Source: Escherichia coli
GTDB lineage: Bacteria; Pseudomonadota; Gammaproteobacteria; Enterobacterales; Enterobacteriaceae
Direction: 5' to 3' (one strand)
DNA: 64,000 nucleotides
Assembly: GCF_044324875.1 (NCBI RefSeq)
Contig: NZ_CP172185.1
Position 1 is the stretch's first letter, and every line of letters begins with the position of its first letter. Both the position numbers and the translations under genes were made by a program. A model generated the notes under the pieces. It searched no databases, was not told the origin of the DNA, and saw nothing but the letters and a program-made list of their open reading frames with translations. Below, one piece after another: positions 1 through 8,981 of the stretch.

Positions 1-984
<984 letters not shown>

Positions 985-985
985 A

Positions 986-1720
986 TCAGTCGCGCACTTT
1001 GTCCGCTTTCTCCCGGGCTTCCCGCTCGAGAGAGAAAATAATCCGCTGTAATTGCCGCTCCACCGTCGGGCTGACGTTAAGAAAACGGAAGCTCAGACGG
1101 GGAGTGGTGATGGTTTCATTCTTGCCATCAATCACTTTGCGCTCGCTGATTGAGATTAACTGGGCGTCAAAGTGAAAAACACCCCATTGCCCCATGTTGA
1201 CTTCAATCTGAGCGAAGCGCATGCCTTCGTGCAATCCGGCAGGCTTTGCTGTTTCCAGTAATGCGCCCATGCCGCCTAACGACAAATCATACAGGCGGAA
1301 ACGTAACGTACTGTTATCCGCCAGTTTGGTCTGGCAAAAATAAGGCGGATGGAGTGGGGCGGAGATGCGGAAATATCGGCGTCGTTGTACAAACCACAAG
1401 GTGGGAGGCGGTACGGTAATAAATGCCGGAAGCTGCAAGTATTCACTCTGCTGTAGTTGTTCAACAGTAAATTCGACTTTCGCGCCCTGGGTTTCGGCGG
1501 TAATGGTAATGTGCTGCGCCTTTAACACAGCGTTGTTATCTTCGGCTTGACTGCCGAAATCCAGCACCAGTTTATCCGGGGTTATTGCCAGTATTTTGCT
1601 GATCAGCTGCCCGCCATTCCAACTGATACGCAAAGGAATTGCGGCTTTGTGCAAATCGCGTAACACGCCCAGGACGGCTAACGGATTTTGTTTCAGGAAC
1701 TGCTCATGGTAATGACTCAC
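986..1720 (-). CDS. ycgR: Flagellar brake protein YcgR (c-di-GMP binding, PilZ domain)
   Basis: 244-aa ORF recognised as YcgR (MSHYHEQFLKQNPLAVLGVLRDL...); convergent with emtA with a 1-bp gap. Confidence 0.92.
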   Translation of the reverse strand: MSHYHEQFLKQNPLAVLGVLRDLHKAAIPLRISWNGGQLISKILAITPDKLVLDFGSQAEDNNAVLKAQHITITAETQGAKVEFTVEQLQQSEYLQLPAFITVPPPTLWFVQRRRYFRISAPLHPPYFCQTKLADNSTLRFRLYDLSLGGMGALLETAKPAGLHEGMRFAQIEVNMGQWGVFHFDAQLISISERKVIDGKNETITTPRLSFRFLNVSPTVERQLQRIIFSLEREAREKADKVRD

Positions 1721-1755
1721 GCGGAAAAACTCCTGACTGACAAACTGTCTTTGGT

Positions 1756-1781
1756 TTATCGGTCACAGTTAACAAAACTTA
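1756..1781 (-). promoter_or_regulatory. Sigma-28 (FliA) type promoter upstream of ycgR
   Basis: Reverse complement reads TAAGTTTT-(11 nt)-CCGATAA, close to the FliA consensus TAAAGTTT-N11-GCCGATAA, about 35-60 nt upstream of the ycgR start; fits ycgR being a late flagellar gene. Confidence 0.7.
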
Positions 1782-1920
1782 ATACAAATGCGTGAATATT
1801 TTTTACATGTTGTTCTTAAATCAGCCGACATACGCCCAGCATCGATTCCGCCCTTGCCTATACTTAGAGCGTTGACGTAAGCATTTCTTGCGTCCGATTC
1901 ATCGAAACGAGGGCCTGAAC

Positions 1921-2175
1921 ATGGGAATTATTGCCTGGATTATTTTTGGCCTGATAGCCGGCATTATCGCCAAGCTAATCATGCCGGGGCGTGATGGTGG
2001 TGGATTTTTCCTGACCTGTATTCTCGGGATAGTCGGTGCGGTGGTCGGCGGCTGGCTGGCGACCATGTTTGGCATTGGCGGCTCCATCAGCGGTTTTAAT
2101 TTGCACAGCTTCCTGGTGGCGGTAGTGGGCGCTATTCTGGTGCTGGGCGTATTCCGCCTCCTGCGAAGAGAATAA
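1921..2175 (+). CDS. ymgE: Small inner-membrane protein, transglycosylase-associated (GlsB/YeaQ/YmgE) family
   Basis: ORF 1888..2175; the ATG at 1921 is preceded by GAGGG and gives an 84-aa glycine-rich two-helix membrane protein (MGIIAWIIFGLIAGIIAKLIMPG...). Confidence 0.85.
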   Translation: MGIIAWIIFGLIAGIIAKLIMPGRDGGGFFLTCILGIVGAVVGGWLATMFGIGGSISGFNLHSFLVAVVGAILVLGVFRLLRRE

Positions 2176-2187
2176 GATTTTCATAAG

Positions 2188-2220
2188 GCGGATAGCGATA
2201 CAGATGCCGCTATCCGCTTT
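2188..2220. terminator. Hairpin between convergent ymgE and the TonB-receptor gene (possible bidirectional terminator)
   Basis: GCGGATAGC (2188-2196) pairs with GCTATCCGC (2209-2217), followed by TTT; A/T-rich on the opposite strand. Confidence 0.55.
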
Positions 2221-2224
2221 CACA

Positions 2225-4195
2225 TCAGAACGTATACTCGATACCTGCCCAGAAATTGCGACCTTCTTCAATAAACCCTTCACTGTAGGCATATTTGGTA
2301 TCAAACAGGTTATTGACCGACGCATTGACGCTGAAGCCATGACCTAAGGTGTAATCGGCTCGAATGTGGGTCACCGCAAAACCGGCGGCTTTTTGTGAAC
2401 CGTCACTGTTGCTGTAGCTGGAGGAACGCGCCTCTTCCGACAGCGTTACGCTTAACGGCTCCCACGGTTTGAGAGTCATCCATGCGGTCATTGTCTGCGT
2501 TGGCAGATCGGTTATCTTGCCGATGTCTTTGCGTTTGGCGTCAGCGTGGATCAGGGCGTAGCTCAATCCTACATCCAGTATATTGCTGATTTTCCCCTTA
2601 ATACCGGCATCCAGACCGCTGTAATCCACCGTGCCGCTGTTCTGATTTTGAATGGTATCGGCATCGATATTGTGCGAGAGGATGGCATCACTCACCCGGT
2701 TATAGTAAACGCTGACCTCAAACCCCCAGTCGTGCGTGAAGGCACCATTCCAGGTTAAATCCACCCCGCGCGCGCGTTCCGGTTTGAGCTGCGGGTTAAC
2801 AATCGCTATCTGGTTATACGCAGGTTTGGACGTGGTATAGCGTTCTTTCAGCGTCGGAAAGCGTGTGCGGTCATAGTACGAAAGCGCCAGCGTGTCTTCA
2901 TTGGCAAAGTGGTATTTCCCCATCACCTGCCAGTTAAAAGCTGACTGATTGTTGTCGTCATAATGGGTGATGCTTCCATCTTTCTCATGTTTTTTCGCTT
3001 CTACGCTATCGCGCCAGTCATAGCTGATTCCAGCCACGACATCGACATTATCGGCAGCAGCCCATTGATATTCACTGGCGAGCGACCAGGTACGATCTTC
3101 ATAGCGATCGTAAGCGGCGTGCGGCGCACCTTTTTCCCGGTGTACGTCATCTTTCCAGTTAACGGCAAACGACAACAGATCGTTTTCACGCACATCGGCT
3201 GCCAGTTGTAACCCGGCACCGTCGCTGTAATCGGAATAATGGCTGTAGCTGCCTTTTTTATTTTTCAAATCAGCCAGCGAGTTGTACATCATTAGCGTAT
3301 TTTCAAAGGTGTCGCGATACAGCCGACTTTTCAGGGTAAAACGATCGTTTAGTTGGGTCGTTCCCTGATAATAAAAACTTTCTTTGTCATACTCTGGCCA
3401 CTGCCAGTAGCGTGATTTCTGACCACTATTTCCACTGTATGGCGGGTTATCTTTTTCACCATCCTGCTTAATGTAAGTCAATGTGTATTCATCGTTTTCG
3501 CGTGGTGTAAAACCGAGCTTCACAATGCCGCGTTTATCATCAGCCGATGAATTAATCATCTTGCCGTGTTTGCCTGCAATATCATTATTTACACCATGCG
3601 GCAGGCCGAGAAAATCCTGCTTTAGCTGGCTACCGCTGACTTGCAAATACCCCAGATCGCTGCTGGCGGCAAATGAAGCATGCATATCGTAGGCATTGTC
3701 CTGGCTACGGCTCCATCCCTGGCGATATCCCAGATTTGCTTCCAGAGGTTTTGTTGGCTTCTGGGTGGTGATATTAATGGCTCCGCCCATCTGATTAGGC
3801 CCCTGAAGCAGCGACGAATACCCTTTGGAAACTTCAACTGCCCCCAAATTGTTGGTCAGAATCCGCGCCAGATCGAGGTTGCCGTCATAGGGAACATAAA
3901 TGGGCACACCGTCGAAATAGACCGGCACCTGACGACTATCAAAGCCACGAACTTTGACCTGTTCTTCGTTGCGGCTACCTGACTTTTGCAGCACCACGCC
4001 GGGGACGACACTTAATGCCTGAGCGACATTCTGTTTATCCAGGGCCTTCATGGTGGGTTGATCGAGAACGGTGGTCGTCGTCGATGATACCGGACTGGAC
4101 CATACGGTCAGCGTGTCACTCTCCTGAGCCGCTACGGCCTGCTGGGTAAAGGCAAGTGATAATGCTGTGCAGAGATAACGTTTTTTGAGTCTCAT
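2225..4195 (-). CDS. TonB-dependent outer-membrane receptor (substrate unknown)
   Basis: ORF 2225..4216; the likely start is the ATG at 4195 (the 4216 start is TTG). It has a signal peptide (MRLKKRYLCTALSLAFTQQAVAAQ), a TonB-box-like DTLTVW, a plug and long beta-barrel, and a C-terminal aromatic residue (…AGIEYTF). No counterpart at this position in K-12 as I remember it. Confidence 0.85.
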   Translation of the reverse strand: MRLKKRYLCTALSLAFTQQAVAAQESDTLTVWSSPVSSTTTTVLDQPTMKALDKQNVAQALSVVPGVVLQKSGSRNEEQVKVRGFDSRQVPVYFDGVPIYVPYDGNLDLARILTNNLGAVEVSKGYSSLLQGPNQMGGAINITTQKPTKPLEANLGYRQGWSRSQDNAYDMHASFAASSDLGYLQVSGSQLKQDFLGLPHGVNNDIAGKHGKMINSSADDKRGIVKLGFTPRENDEYTLTYIKQDGEKDNPPYSGNSGQKSRYWQWPEYDKESFYYQGTTQLNDRFTLKSRLYRDTFENTLMMYNSLADLKNKKGSYSHYSDYSDGAGLQLAADVRENDLLSFAVNWKDDVHREKGAPHAAYDRYEDRTWSLASEYQWAAADNVDVVAGISYDWRDSVEAKKHEKDGSITHYDDNNQSAFNWQVMGKYHFANEDTLALSYYDRTRFPTLKERYTTSKPAYNQIAIVNPQLKPERARGVDLTWNGAFTHDWGFEVSVYYNRVSDAILSHNIDADTIQNQNSGTVDYSGLDAGIKGKISNILDVGLSYALIHADAKRKDIGKITDLPTQTMTAWMTLKPWEPLSVTLSEEARSSSYSNSDGSQKAAGFAVTHIRADYTLGHGFSVNASVNNLFDTKYAYSEGFIEEGRNFWAGIEYTF

Positions 4196-4220
4196 AGAAT
4201 AAATTCCGTTTAACAAAGAA

Positions 4221-5075
4221 TTAAATAGAGGCTGCGGGTTGCAGACTGACTTTAATGTCAGCTGGTGTCGCGTAATAAGGCGCGGAGGTAATAAAAAGGC
4301 GAATGCCGCAGTCGAGGTAATTTTTGAGTGTTGTCAGATTAATTCCACCGGTCAGAGCCAGCGTGCAGTGAGGAGCCAGCGACGGTGCTATTTGCGCAAT
4401 TTCAGTTGCCTGTTGCGGACTAAATTTGTCGAGCTGAAGTACGTCTGGTTGCGCGCGTAACGCGGCGATTGCCTCTTTCGGCGTGTCGGCTTCAACAACT
4501 ATTTTCTTCTCGGGTGCGTGGCGACGTAACTGATTGATTGCGCCTGACCAGTCCTGATTGTCATGAAGAAAATGACGGTGGTTGGCAAACAATAATATGG
4601 TTTCCGCACATCCGGCACGATGAATCAGTCCTCCGGCAGCCAGAATTGCCTGCGAGGCCAGTAAGCGGGTGCCCGGAATCGCTTTTCGGGTGCAGGCGAT
4701 ATTGCCATCAGGGTAACGTTCACGAAGTAACGCCAGCATTTGAGCGAGATAATCAGAAACACCGCAACTCCACTCCAGCACATTCTGGACTGCCTTCCAT
4801 CCCTGATGAAGTGCTGCGGCATTACCCTGCGCACGGATTAGCCGCTGACGCGCGTTCGCTTGTGAACCGTCGCTGACCGCGTCATCAATAGTTAATCCCA
4901 GCGTAGTTAACATCTTACACGCGACAGAAATTCCGCTGACGCAGCCGCCCTGACGGTGAAAAAACTCTATATAGCCATGCTGGTGTCCAATATTTAATGC
5001 TCGCGTGGTCAGGTCACCGCCCTGGATATCTTCCAGAAGTAACGCATCGATTTGTGCCTGAGAAAGGAAAATCAT
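4221..5075 (-). CDS. ModD-like protein (NadC / quinolinate phosphoribosyltransferase fold family)
   Basis: 284-aa ORF with blocks alignable by eye to NadC (…TRKAIPGTRLLASQAILAAGG…, …VVEADTPKEAIAALRAQPDVLQLDKF…). Family assignment is from motif recognition only, with no profile search. Confidence 0.6.
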   Translation of the reverse strand: MIFLSQAQIDALLLEDIQGGDLTTRALNIGHQHGYIEFFHRQGGCVSGISVACKMLTTLGLTIDDAVSDGSQANARQRLIRAQGNAAALHQGWKAVQNVLEWSCGVSDYLAQMLALLRERYPDGNIACTRKAIPGTRLLASQAILAAGGLIHRAGCAETILLFANHRHFLHDNQDWSGAINQLRRHAPEKKIVVEADTPKEAIAALRAQPDVLQLDKFSPQQATEIAQIAPSLAPHCTLALTGGINLTTLKNYLDCGIRLFITSAPYYATPADIKVSLQPAASI

Positions 5076-5884
5076 CGCAGTGCCTCTTGCGGTACGCTAT
5101 CCCACCAGATGAGCGCCCAGTCGCGGCTGGCAGGGGCGAGGGCACGAGCATCTTGTTGTTGATACCAGCGATATAACCGCTCACGCTCATCGTCGTTAAG
5201 TGCGCCCAGACTCCAGCTGACGTTCTGCTCAAAACGTTCCCAGGTGCTGTTATCCTGTTGGCAATTTTGTCCACGGATAAAATCAACGTGAGCATAAATT
5301 CCCATCTGATACAGGACGTTGAGCGCAAAGATATAGTTGGGTAATTCGATCACTTCCCGACCAGCCGCCCGCTGAATGGCTGGAGAGACGAACGAGGTGC
5401 TGACCAGATGAGTCGTATAGACGCGAAGCCGTGCCTGATTATTCAGTTTGCTCATTGCCTGGCGCATATCAGCCACCAGAGTGGAGCGGGAAGCCACGGC
5501 AATATCGCAGCGTGGCAGGTCACTCCAGTCCTCTTCCCAGGCGCGCTGGATCCAGTGGACATTGTCTGCCTTTAGCGCGGCGGCGCGACGGGCGGCAACC
5601 TTCAGCATCCCCTGACTGTAATCAACGCCATAAATCGTCGTGAGTTTGTCAGCCAGCGCCAGCGATACGGTACCCGGTCCGCAGCCCATATCGAATAAGG
5701 TCTGCGCGCCTTGCAGATCAATTTTAGCGGTCAGTTGTTGCAGGTAGCTGTCCGTAGGCGAGGCGCAATTTTCCGCCATTTTTTCCGCCCGTTGATCCCA
5801 GTGATCCGGCGTTTTTTCTGTGCGGTGGGCCAGTTTGAGTTGCTGCAGGTAAAGGTCCGCAAAATCAATATCATCAATGAGCAT
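5072..5884 (-). CDS. Class I SAM-dependent methyltransferase
   Basis: 270-aa ORF with the Rossmann motif I LFDMGCGPG and acidic motif II (IYGVDYS); start overlaps the ModD-like stop by 4 bp (ATGA), indicating translational coupling. Confidence 0.7.
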   Translation of the reverse strand: MLIDDIDFADLYLQQLKLAHRTEKTPDHWDQRAEKMAENCASPTDSYLQQLTAKIDLQGAQTLFDMGCGPGTVSLALADKLTTIYGVDYSQGMLKVAARRAAALKADNVHWIQRAWEEDWSDLPRCDIAVASRSTLVADMRQAMSKLNNQARLRVYTTHLVSTSFVSPAIQRAAGREVIELPNYIFALNVLYQMGIYAHVDFIRGQNCQQDNSTWERFEQNVSWSLGALNDDERERLYRWYQQQDARALAPASRDWALIWWDSVPQEALR

Positions 5885-5893
5885 GATTGTTCC

Positions 5894-6652
5894 TTAGTGG
5901 CTAATTGCAGAGAGGTGATGATGAATCTGGTCGGCAGAAACCCGATACAGGGCAGCCAGTTTGTTCGTTGTTAACTGTTCGGTCGGTAAGCCTTGTGTTA
6001 CTCGTCCATCTGGCTCTACCTGGATAATGCTGTCGGCAATGGCGTTGGCATGGAGCGGATGATGAGTCGACATTAGCATTGTCATGCCGTTATTTTTGAG
6101 CTGCGCCAGCGTGTCCAGTAGTTGGATCTGATGACCGAAATCGAGGCTGGAGGCAGGCTCATCCAGTAATAACAAGCGCGGTTGCTGGACGAGTGCACGG
6201 GCGATTAAAGCCAGCTGACGTTCACCGCCGCTAAGCGTATTCCAGCGTCGTGTCGCCAGATGCAAAATGCCCAGCTTTTCCAGTTGCTCCGTTGCTTTCA
6301 GGCGTTCTTGCTTACCGGGAACGGAAAAAGCGCCTATGGTGGGGGCCAGGCCCATCAACACCATATCCAGCACACTAAAAGCAAAAACGCCGTCGTGCGC
6401 CTGCGGCACCCAGGCAATAGCCTGCGCGCGTTGGCGATGGCTGAGTGTCTGCACAGGGAGGCTATCCAGTAAGATCTCGCCTTTTCATAACGGTATAACG
6501 CCAAGAATGGAGCGCATGAGTGTGGTTTTGCCGCAACCATTGGCTCCTAACAGACAACAAATTGTTCCTTGCGACAGGGTGAAGGACACGTCGCGTAGCA
6601 CCGGATGGCGGGAGTAACCCAGAGACGCATGACGGACGGCAAGCAAAGTCAC
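5894..6652 (-). pseudogene. ABC transporter ATP-binding protein (FecE/BtuD-like) interrupted by an in-frame TGA
   Basis: Track ORFs 6485..6790 (Walker A GANGCGKTTLMRSILGVIPL) and 5894..6454 (LSGGERQ signature, Walker B LLLLDEP) are in the same frame, separated only by TGA at 6485-6487 (complement). Read through, the sequence is contiguous (…ILGVIPL*KGEILLDSLPVQTLSHRQRAQAIAWVPQ…). The proposed GTG start at 6652 overlaps the permease stop (GTGA). Confidence 0.8.
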
Positions 6653-7629
6653 TGGCGACCTCCGCGTAACAACAAAAACAGGAAAAACGGTGCACCAACA
6701 AAAGCGGTCAGAATGCCAAGTGGGATTTCTGTTGTTCCAATGCTGCGTGCCAGCGTATCGGTAAGCAGGAGCAGAATCGCGCCAGTACACATTGCCATGG
6801 GCAACAGCTGCTGATGGTTATGACCGGTCAACAAGCGAGCAATGTGCGGAACGACCAGGCCGACCCAACCAATTATGCCCGCTATTGCTACCGTGCTGGC
6901 GGTGATTAGTGTGGCGCAGACAATTAATCCAAAGCGCAGACGTGTCACGTTCAGTCCCAGCGAACGGGCTTCGTCGTCGGAAAGCGTGAGTAAATTCATG
7001 CGCCAGCGGAGAAAAAACAGGGGCAAGGAGCCTATGAGAATGATCGGTGCAGCATAGCAGAGATCGCGTAAGGTCACGGTGGACAGCCCCCCCAGCAACC
7101 AGAAGGTAATTGACGGTAACTGGGTGTAAGGATCGGCCAGCGTTTTTATTAGCGATATCCCCGCTCCGCACAACGTTCCTAACGCAATGCCTACCAGCAC
7201 CAGGGTTAAGATCGGATCGTGGCGGGTCACCCGACGCGTAATCAACCAGACGCCCGCGACCACCATCAGCCCGCCGCAAAATGCGTACAGCTGGATGTAA
7301 ACAATGGATAATCCCCACAGGATTGCCGCGCAGGCACCAAGTCCGGCACCGGCGGAGACGCCTAAAATATCCGGTGACACTAAGGGATTACGGAACATTC
7401 CCTGATAGGTGGTTCCGGCCCCTGCCAGCGCCGCGCCCAGAAACAGCGCAGCAAGAATACGCGGCACGCGGATTTGCCAGAAGACAATTTGTTCCTGCAC
7501 AGGAACATTTTCTTGACGAAGAATGAGCGCCAGCAGTTGCTGTATATCGAGATGATAAGCCCCACTTACGGCGGCAAAAGTGATACTGATAGCTGCCAGC
7601 AGCAAAATACATCCGTTTACGGTTCTCAT
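6649..7629 (-). CDS. ABC transporter permease, FecCD/BtuC family
   Basis: 326-aa multi-helix membrane ORF typical of iron-siderophore/cobalamin-type permeases; start overlaps the binding-protein stop (ATGA). Confidence 0.85.
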   Translation of the reverse strand: MRTVNGCILLLAAISITFAAVSGAYHLDIQQLLALILRQENVPVQEQIVFWQIRVPRILAALFLGAALAGAGTTYQGMFRNPLVSPDILGVSAGAGLGACAAILWGLSIVYIQLYAFCGGLMVVAGVWLITRRVTRHDPILTLVLVGIALGTLCGAGISLIKTLADPYTQLPSITFWLLGGLSTVTLRDLCYAAPIILIGSLPLFFLRWRMNLLTLSDDEARSLGLNVTRLRFGLIVCATLITASTVAIAGIIGWVGLVVPHIARLLTGHNHQQLLPMAMCTGAILLLLTDTLARSIGTTEIPLGILTAFVGAPFFLFLLLRGGRQ

Positions 7630-8651
7630 TAGCTCGTCACCAATTTTTGATAGTCGGCGTCACTTAATGGGCAATGCCAGAACAGTTGGGCGTAATGCTG
7701 CATGTCACTTTTAAACTGGCGATTGATGGCGGGATCCAGCCAGGCGTGAAGTCTGCGTAATCCCAGAAGACGGTTGATTCCCGGCGGGGCATCCAGCCAG
7801 CCAAAGGGCAGGCCACTTAAAAATAAGATGCGTTGTTCCGCAACCGCTTTCACGCCCTGCCAGAGAGGATCACGACGAATAAAATCTGCAGTAACGGCCT
7901 CCTGAACCAGAATAATATCCGGCTGCCAGCGCAGGAGATTTTCCATGGAAACCTGTGTCAGACCGTGGCGATCGGCTATTTGCGCGACGTTATGCAAACC
8001 TAATAATTCCGCCGCCTCGGTATGCAACGAACCCTGTAAGCCCGTTTCCAGCCCTCGAGGACCGCGCGCAGCATAAAAGCTGAGGTTAGCGGCGGGTGAG
8101 GTGGCGAATGCCTGAGCTTCACCAACGAAGCGGCTGGCGAGATTGGCTTGTTCTGCGGCGCGGTGCTCTTCGCCTAACGTTTTGCCAAGCGTTGTTAACT
8201 GTTCTGCTGATTGTTCCAGTTTCCCGTTAAGCAATAACCAGGGTATTTGTGTCTGTTCGCTAACCTGCCGTGCCTGGGAGATCCAGGTTTCATCCGTATT
8301 GCCGCAATCAACGACCAAATCGGGATGTAACGCCATAAGCCCTTCCAGCGAGAGTGTGCTGGCGCGCCCGGCGAGTCGTCCCAGCCTGGGTAACTGGCGA
8401 ATGTGCTCTGGCAATGGAATTAATGCCTGACGGGCAAAATCAAAAGAGGAAAAACCGACCATTTTTTCTGGCGCGACAGCCAGCAATAGCAAATCGGCGG
8501 GCGCACCTGCGCTGACGATGCGTGTAATGTTTTGGGCTTCGGGAAGCGTCAGTGAGGCCCAGAATTTGACTGATTGTGCAAAAGAAGGCAGATGATGCAG
8601 GAACAACGTCGACGCAAGAATCTGTGTAAACCTCCGTCTGGTTAGTGACAT
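7629..8651 (-). CDS. Periplasmic substrate-binding protein of the ABC importer, with a twin-arginine-like signal
   Basis: 340-aa ORF; N-terminus MSLTRRRFTQILASTLFLHHLPSFAQS has T-R-R-x-F, a hydrophobic core and an AxA-like site; first gene of a six-gene minus-strand operon. Confidence 0.75.
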   Translation of the reverse strand: MSLTRRRFTQILASTLFLHHLPSFAQSVKFWASLTLPEAQNITRIVSAGAPADLLLLAVAPEKMVGFSSFDFARQALIPLPEHIRQLPRLGRLAGRASTLSLEGLMALHPDLVVDCGNTDETWISQARQVSEQTQIPWLLLNGKLEQSAEQLTTLGKTLGEEHRAAEQANLASRFVGEAQAFATSPAANLSFYAARGPRGLETGLQGSLHTEAAELLGLHNVAQIADRHGLTQVSMENLLRWQPDIILVQEAVTADFIRRDPLWQGVKAVAEQRILFLSGLPFGWLDAPPGINRLLGLRRLHAWLDPAINRQFKSDMQHYAQLFWHCPLSDADYQKLVTS

Positions 8652-8920
8652 AAGTTATATCCTGATAATTAAAACCGCTATATATTTACATATATATCGA
8701 AAAAAATCATGTTTGATGTCAAAATTTGTCTAAAGAGACAGAATGATTTGCTTGTTGCTTAAATAACACTTTGTTCCACAAGAAAATTGTCAGGGAGAAT
8801 GGCGGAGTGGCAAAAAATATAAATAGAGGTGTAATGATTAACAAATTGATAAAATAAAATTAAAATCTTCTCTGATAAAAGAAAATAAAGGCATAGACCG
8901 TAGAATGGGGGGCATTTCGT

Positions 8921-8967
8921 GGCGAAAAAAGAGCAATGCCAATTTTATGCACATAATGGCATTGCTC
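8921..8967 (-). terminator. Candidate intrinsic terminator downstream of treA
   Basis: Perfect 11-bp inverted repeat GAGCAATGCCA (8931-8941) / TGGCATTGCTC (8957-8967) with a 15-nt loop, followed on the minus strand by a T-tract (complement of GGCGAAAAAAGA). Confidence 0.6.
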
Positions 8968-8981
8968 GATATACAGCAAAG

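Noticed and set aside
4196-4216. Upstream TTG start for the TonB-dependent receptor (track start 4216)
   Set aside because: The ATG at 4195 yields a canonical signal peptide; the extra seven residues from the TTG are unnecessary.
6485-6487. TGA inside the ABC ATPase as a possible selenocysteine or programmed-recoding site
   Set aside because: No SECIS-like hairpin follows immediately and ABC ATPases are not selenoproteins; a nonsense mutation or sequencing error is far more likely.
6818-7318. 166-aa minus-strand ORF and other ORFs overlapping the FecCD permease gene
   Set aside because: Alternative-frame ORFs inside a confidently called membrane permease; Arg/Gly-rich products typical of out-of-frame translation.
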